Assembly: GCA_043228905.1 (NCBI GenBank)
Contig: JBHGNT010000005.1
Span: 3,100,001 to 3,164,000 of the forward strand
Length of the DNA stretch: 64,000 nucleotides
From: Azolla caroliniana
Taxonomy: Eukaryota > Plantae > Polypodiophyta
Reading direction: 5' to 3'
Numbering within the stretch: the stretch's first letter is position 1; the number at the start of each line of letters is the position of its first letter. The notes beneath the pieces were generated by a model. That model was not told where the DNA came from. It worked only from the letters and a program-made list of their open reading frames with translations, and searched no databases. Below are positions 63,502 through 64,000 of the stretch, in pieces. The translations under genes and the position numbers were made by a program.

Positions 63502-63598
63502 ATGGCTTCTCGTCTGAGGTTCGGTGTGCTTCTTCTTCTTCTCTCTTCTCGCCTTCTGATTGTTGTGTCTGATGTCGTGTTTGAGGAGCGATTCGATG
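63502..63598 (+). CDS. CRT: Calreticulin, first coding exon (gene continues beyond the window)
   Basis: MASRLRFGVLLLLLSSRLLIVVS signal peptide followed by DVVFEERFD, matching the mature N-terminus of plant calreticulins (EVFFEERF). Phase-1 donor G|GTACGT at 63598/63599; Kozak-like GCCATGG. Confidence 0.85.
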
Positions 63599-63674
63599 GT
63601 ACGTTGTTTGGTTCTTTTGTTCCCTTGATTATGTCACCGAATTTTGATTATTTGTGGTTTAGCCGTTGAAATGA

Positions 63675-63945
63675 ATGAAATTCAATTCGAAGTCTTAAGA
63701 AAATGCTCGAAATTCAGTTCAAAACATGTCCAGATTTTATGATAATGTCCCAAATTCAGTTTGAACCATCACTAGGTTTTAAGAAATTGCTGAAAGGCAG
63801 CTCAAACCCTGGTTAGGATTTAAGGAATGGTTTAAATGCTACAAAAACAATGACTAGGTTTAAGATAATCGTTGAATCTCACCACAAACCTTGAAGAATA
63901 AAAAATGGCCTGAATTCAGCTTAAAACGTGGCTAGCTAGTTCCAA
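63675..63945. repeat. Degenerate ~41-bp minisatellite in calreticulin intron 1
   Basis: About 6 diverged units of AAATTCAGTTCAAA.CAT..CTAGGTTTTAAGA.AATG. Confidence 0.55.
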
Positions 63946-64000
63946 AAATGGGTTCTTGATTCTTAGAGCAATGGAAAACGTTTTTCCAAAATCTCGTTGT

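Overview
AT-rich, intron-containing eukaryotic DNA, most likely from a seed-free land plant (inferred from a PLS-class PPR gene, a YhfW-like gene and RTE-X-like LINEs; the species cannot be determined). Five protein-coding genes can be reconstructed by hand from GT-AG boundaries and frame continuity. (1) A ~42-kb + strand GAMETE EXPRESSED 2 (GEX2)-like gene (668-42641) encodes a ~2,450-aa single-pass membrane protein: signal peptide, 17 filamin/Ig-like repeats each on its own symmetric phase-1 exon, cadherin-like modules, the GEX2 'VNDxGxxGC' motif and a TM helix. This is about twice the size of angiosperm GEX2. (2) An intronless PLS-type PPR gene (- strand) has no E/DYW domain. (3) A 9-coding-exon FAD-dependent oxidoreductase carries a C-terminal Rieske domain (YhfW-like). 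(4) An 8-exon MOSC/mARC molybdoenzyme gene. (5) The first coding exon of a calreticulin. The GEX2 introns are filled with decayed RTE-X-like LINE pieces that share a 3' hairpin and (TTTC)n tail. They also hold a probable dead repeat exon and an array of exactly nine apparently identical 893-bp units whose right breakpoint lies in the middle of a perfect 16-bp palindrome. All exon structures are manual predictions without transcript support.
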